DNA of 64,000 bases, from the NCBI RefSeq assembly GCF_018977255.1, contig NW_024704743.1, positions 93,994,001 to 94,058,000 on the forward strand. Direction: 5' to 3'. This DNA is from Callorhinchus milii (lineage: Eukaryota). Below are positions 63,568 through 64,000 of the stretch, in pieces (position 1 is the stretch's first letter; each line of letters opens with the position of its first letter). The position numbers and the translations under genes are program-made. The notes under the pieces were generated by a model that saw only the letters and a list, made by a program, of their open reading frames with translations, did not search any database and was not told the origin of the DNA.

Positions 63568-63768
63568 AACAAAACACTGCAGATGCTGGAAATCTGAAAC
63601 AAAAACAGAAGTCGCTGGGAACACTCAGCAGGTCAGGCAGCATTTATGGAGAAAGGAAAGTGAGTCAATGTTTCGGGTCCACGATCCTGTGTTTCGGGTA
63701 CACCGACCTTTCTCCGTAGATGCTGCGTGACCTGCTGAGTGTTCCCAGCGACTTCTGTTTTTGTTTCA
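63568..63768. mobile_element. Palindromic (foldback) element, probably derived from a Penelope-like pLTR, inserted in a SINE
   Basis: 62-bp inverted arms at 63595-63656 and 63707-63768; flanking duplication ttcacttt(t/a)cagt(g/a)ta. Confidence 0.7.
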
Positions 63769-64000
63769 CTTTACAGTATATTCTGTGAAGGTGCTATATC
63801 AAATGCAAGGATTATTCTTATTTATTTCATGTCCTAGTGAGTGTAGAAAATGAAGTTCACCAAACAAAACATGGAGAATATTTATCTTAACTTTTCCCAT
63901 CCTGGTGCATTTTTCTTTTCCCTGAAAAATCCAGTGACCGTGGAATCAACTTGAGTTTCTTGTAATTATTTTTTTGTTTTCCTAATTGTTGTTGCCCCTC

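Noticed and set aside
1..64000. Novel prokaryote-type system, CRISPR array, nested gene or intronic snoRNA
   Set aside because: Recurring motifs are dispersed SINE/LINE copies, all conserved coding blocks belong to PRKDC or LINE ORF2, and I could not identify a convincing C/D or H/ACA structure by eye. An Infernal/Rfam scan is needed to exclude ncRNAs.

Overview
This is vertebrate genomic DNA, most likely from a cartilaginous fish. The compact introns, Deu/tRNA SINEs, L2/CR1 LINEs and Penelope-like foldback suggest a chimaera/elephant-shark-like genome, which is inference. The window is the internal part of one + strand gene, PRKDC (DNA-PKcs). I traced 54 consecutive coding exons (275..62882, ~8.3 kb CDS, ~2770 aa, roughly human residues ~1120-3880). 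They cover the M-HEAT region, the PQR and ABCDE autophosphorylation clusters, the FAT domain and the N-terminal part of the PI3K-like kinase domain; both gene ends lie outside the window. Splice phases agree at every junction except the acceptor at ~36078, which is one G short, so the reference as written would frameshift. One intron is GC-AG and one acceptor is GAG. Introns are packed with retroposons: L2-clade LINEs (one 2.4 kb copy lacks its RT catalytic core), CR1 fragments, an older Deu-type SINE, a younger chimeric tRNA-Ala/CORE-like/Deu/L2-tail SINE with recognisable subfamilies, and a palindromic Penelope-like insert with a hammerhead-core remnant. I found no prokaryote-type system and no second host protein-coding gene. 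Comparisons to human DNA-PKcs and repeat consensus sequences are from memory, not alignments.
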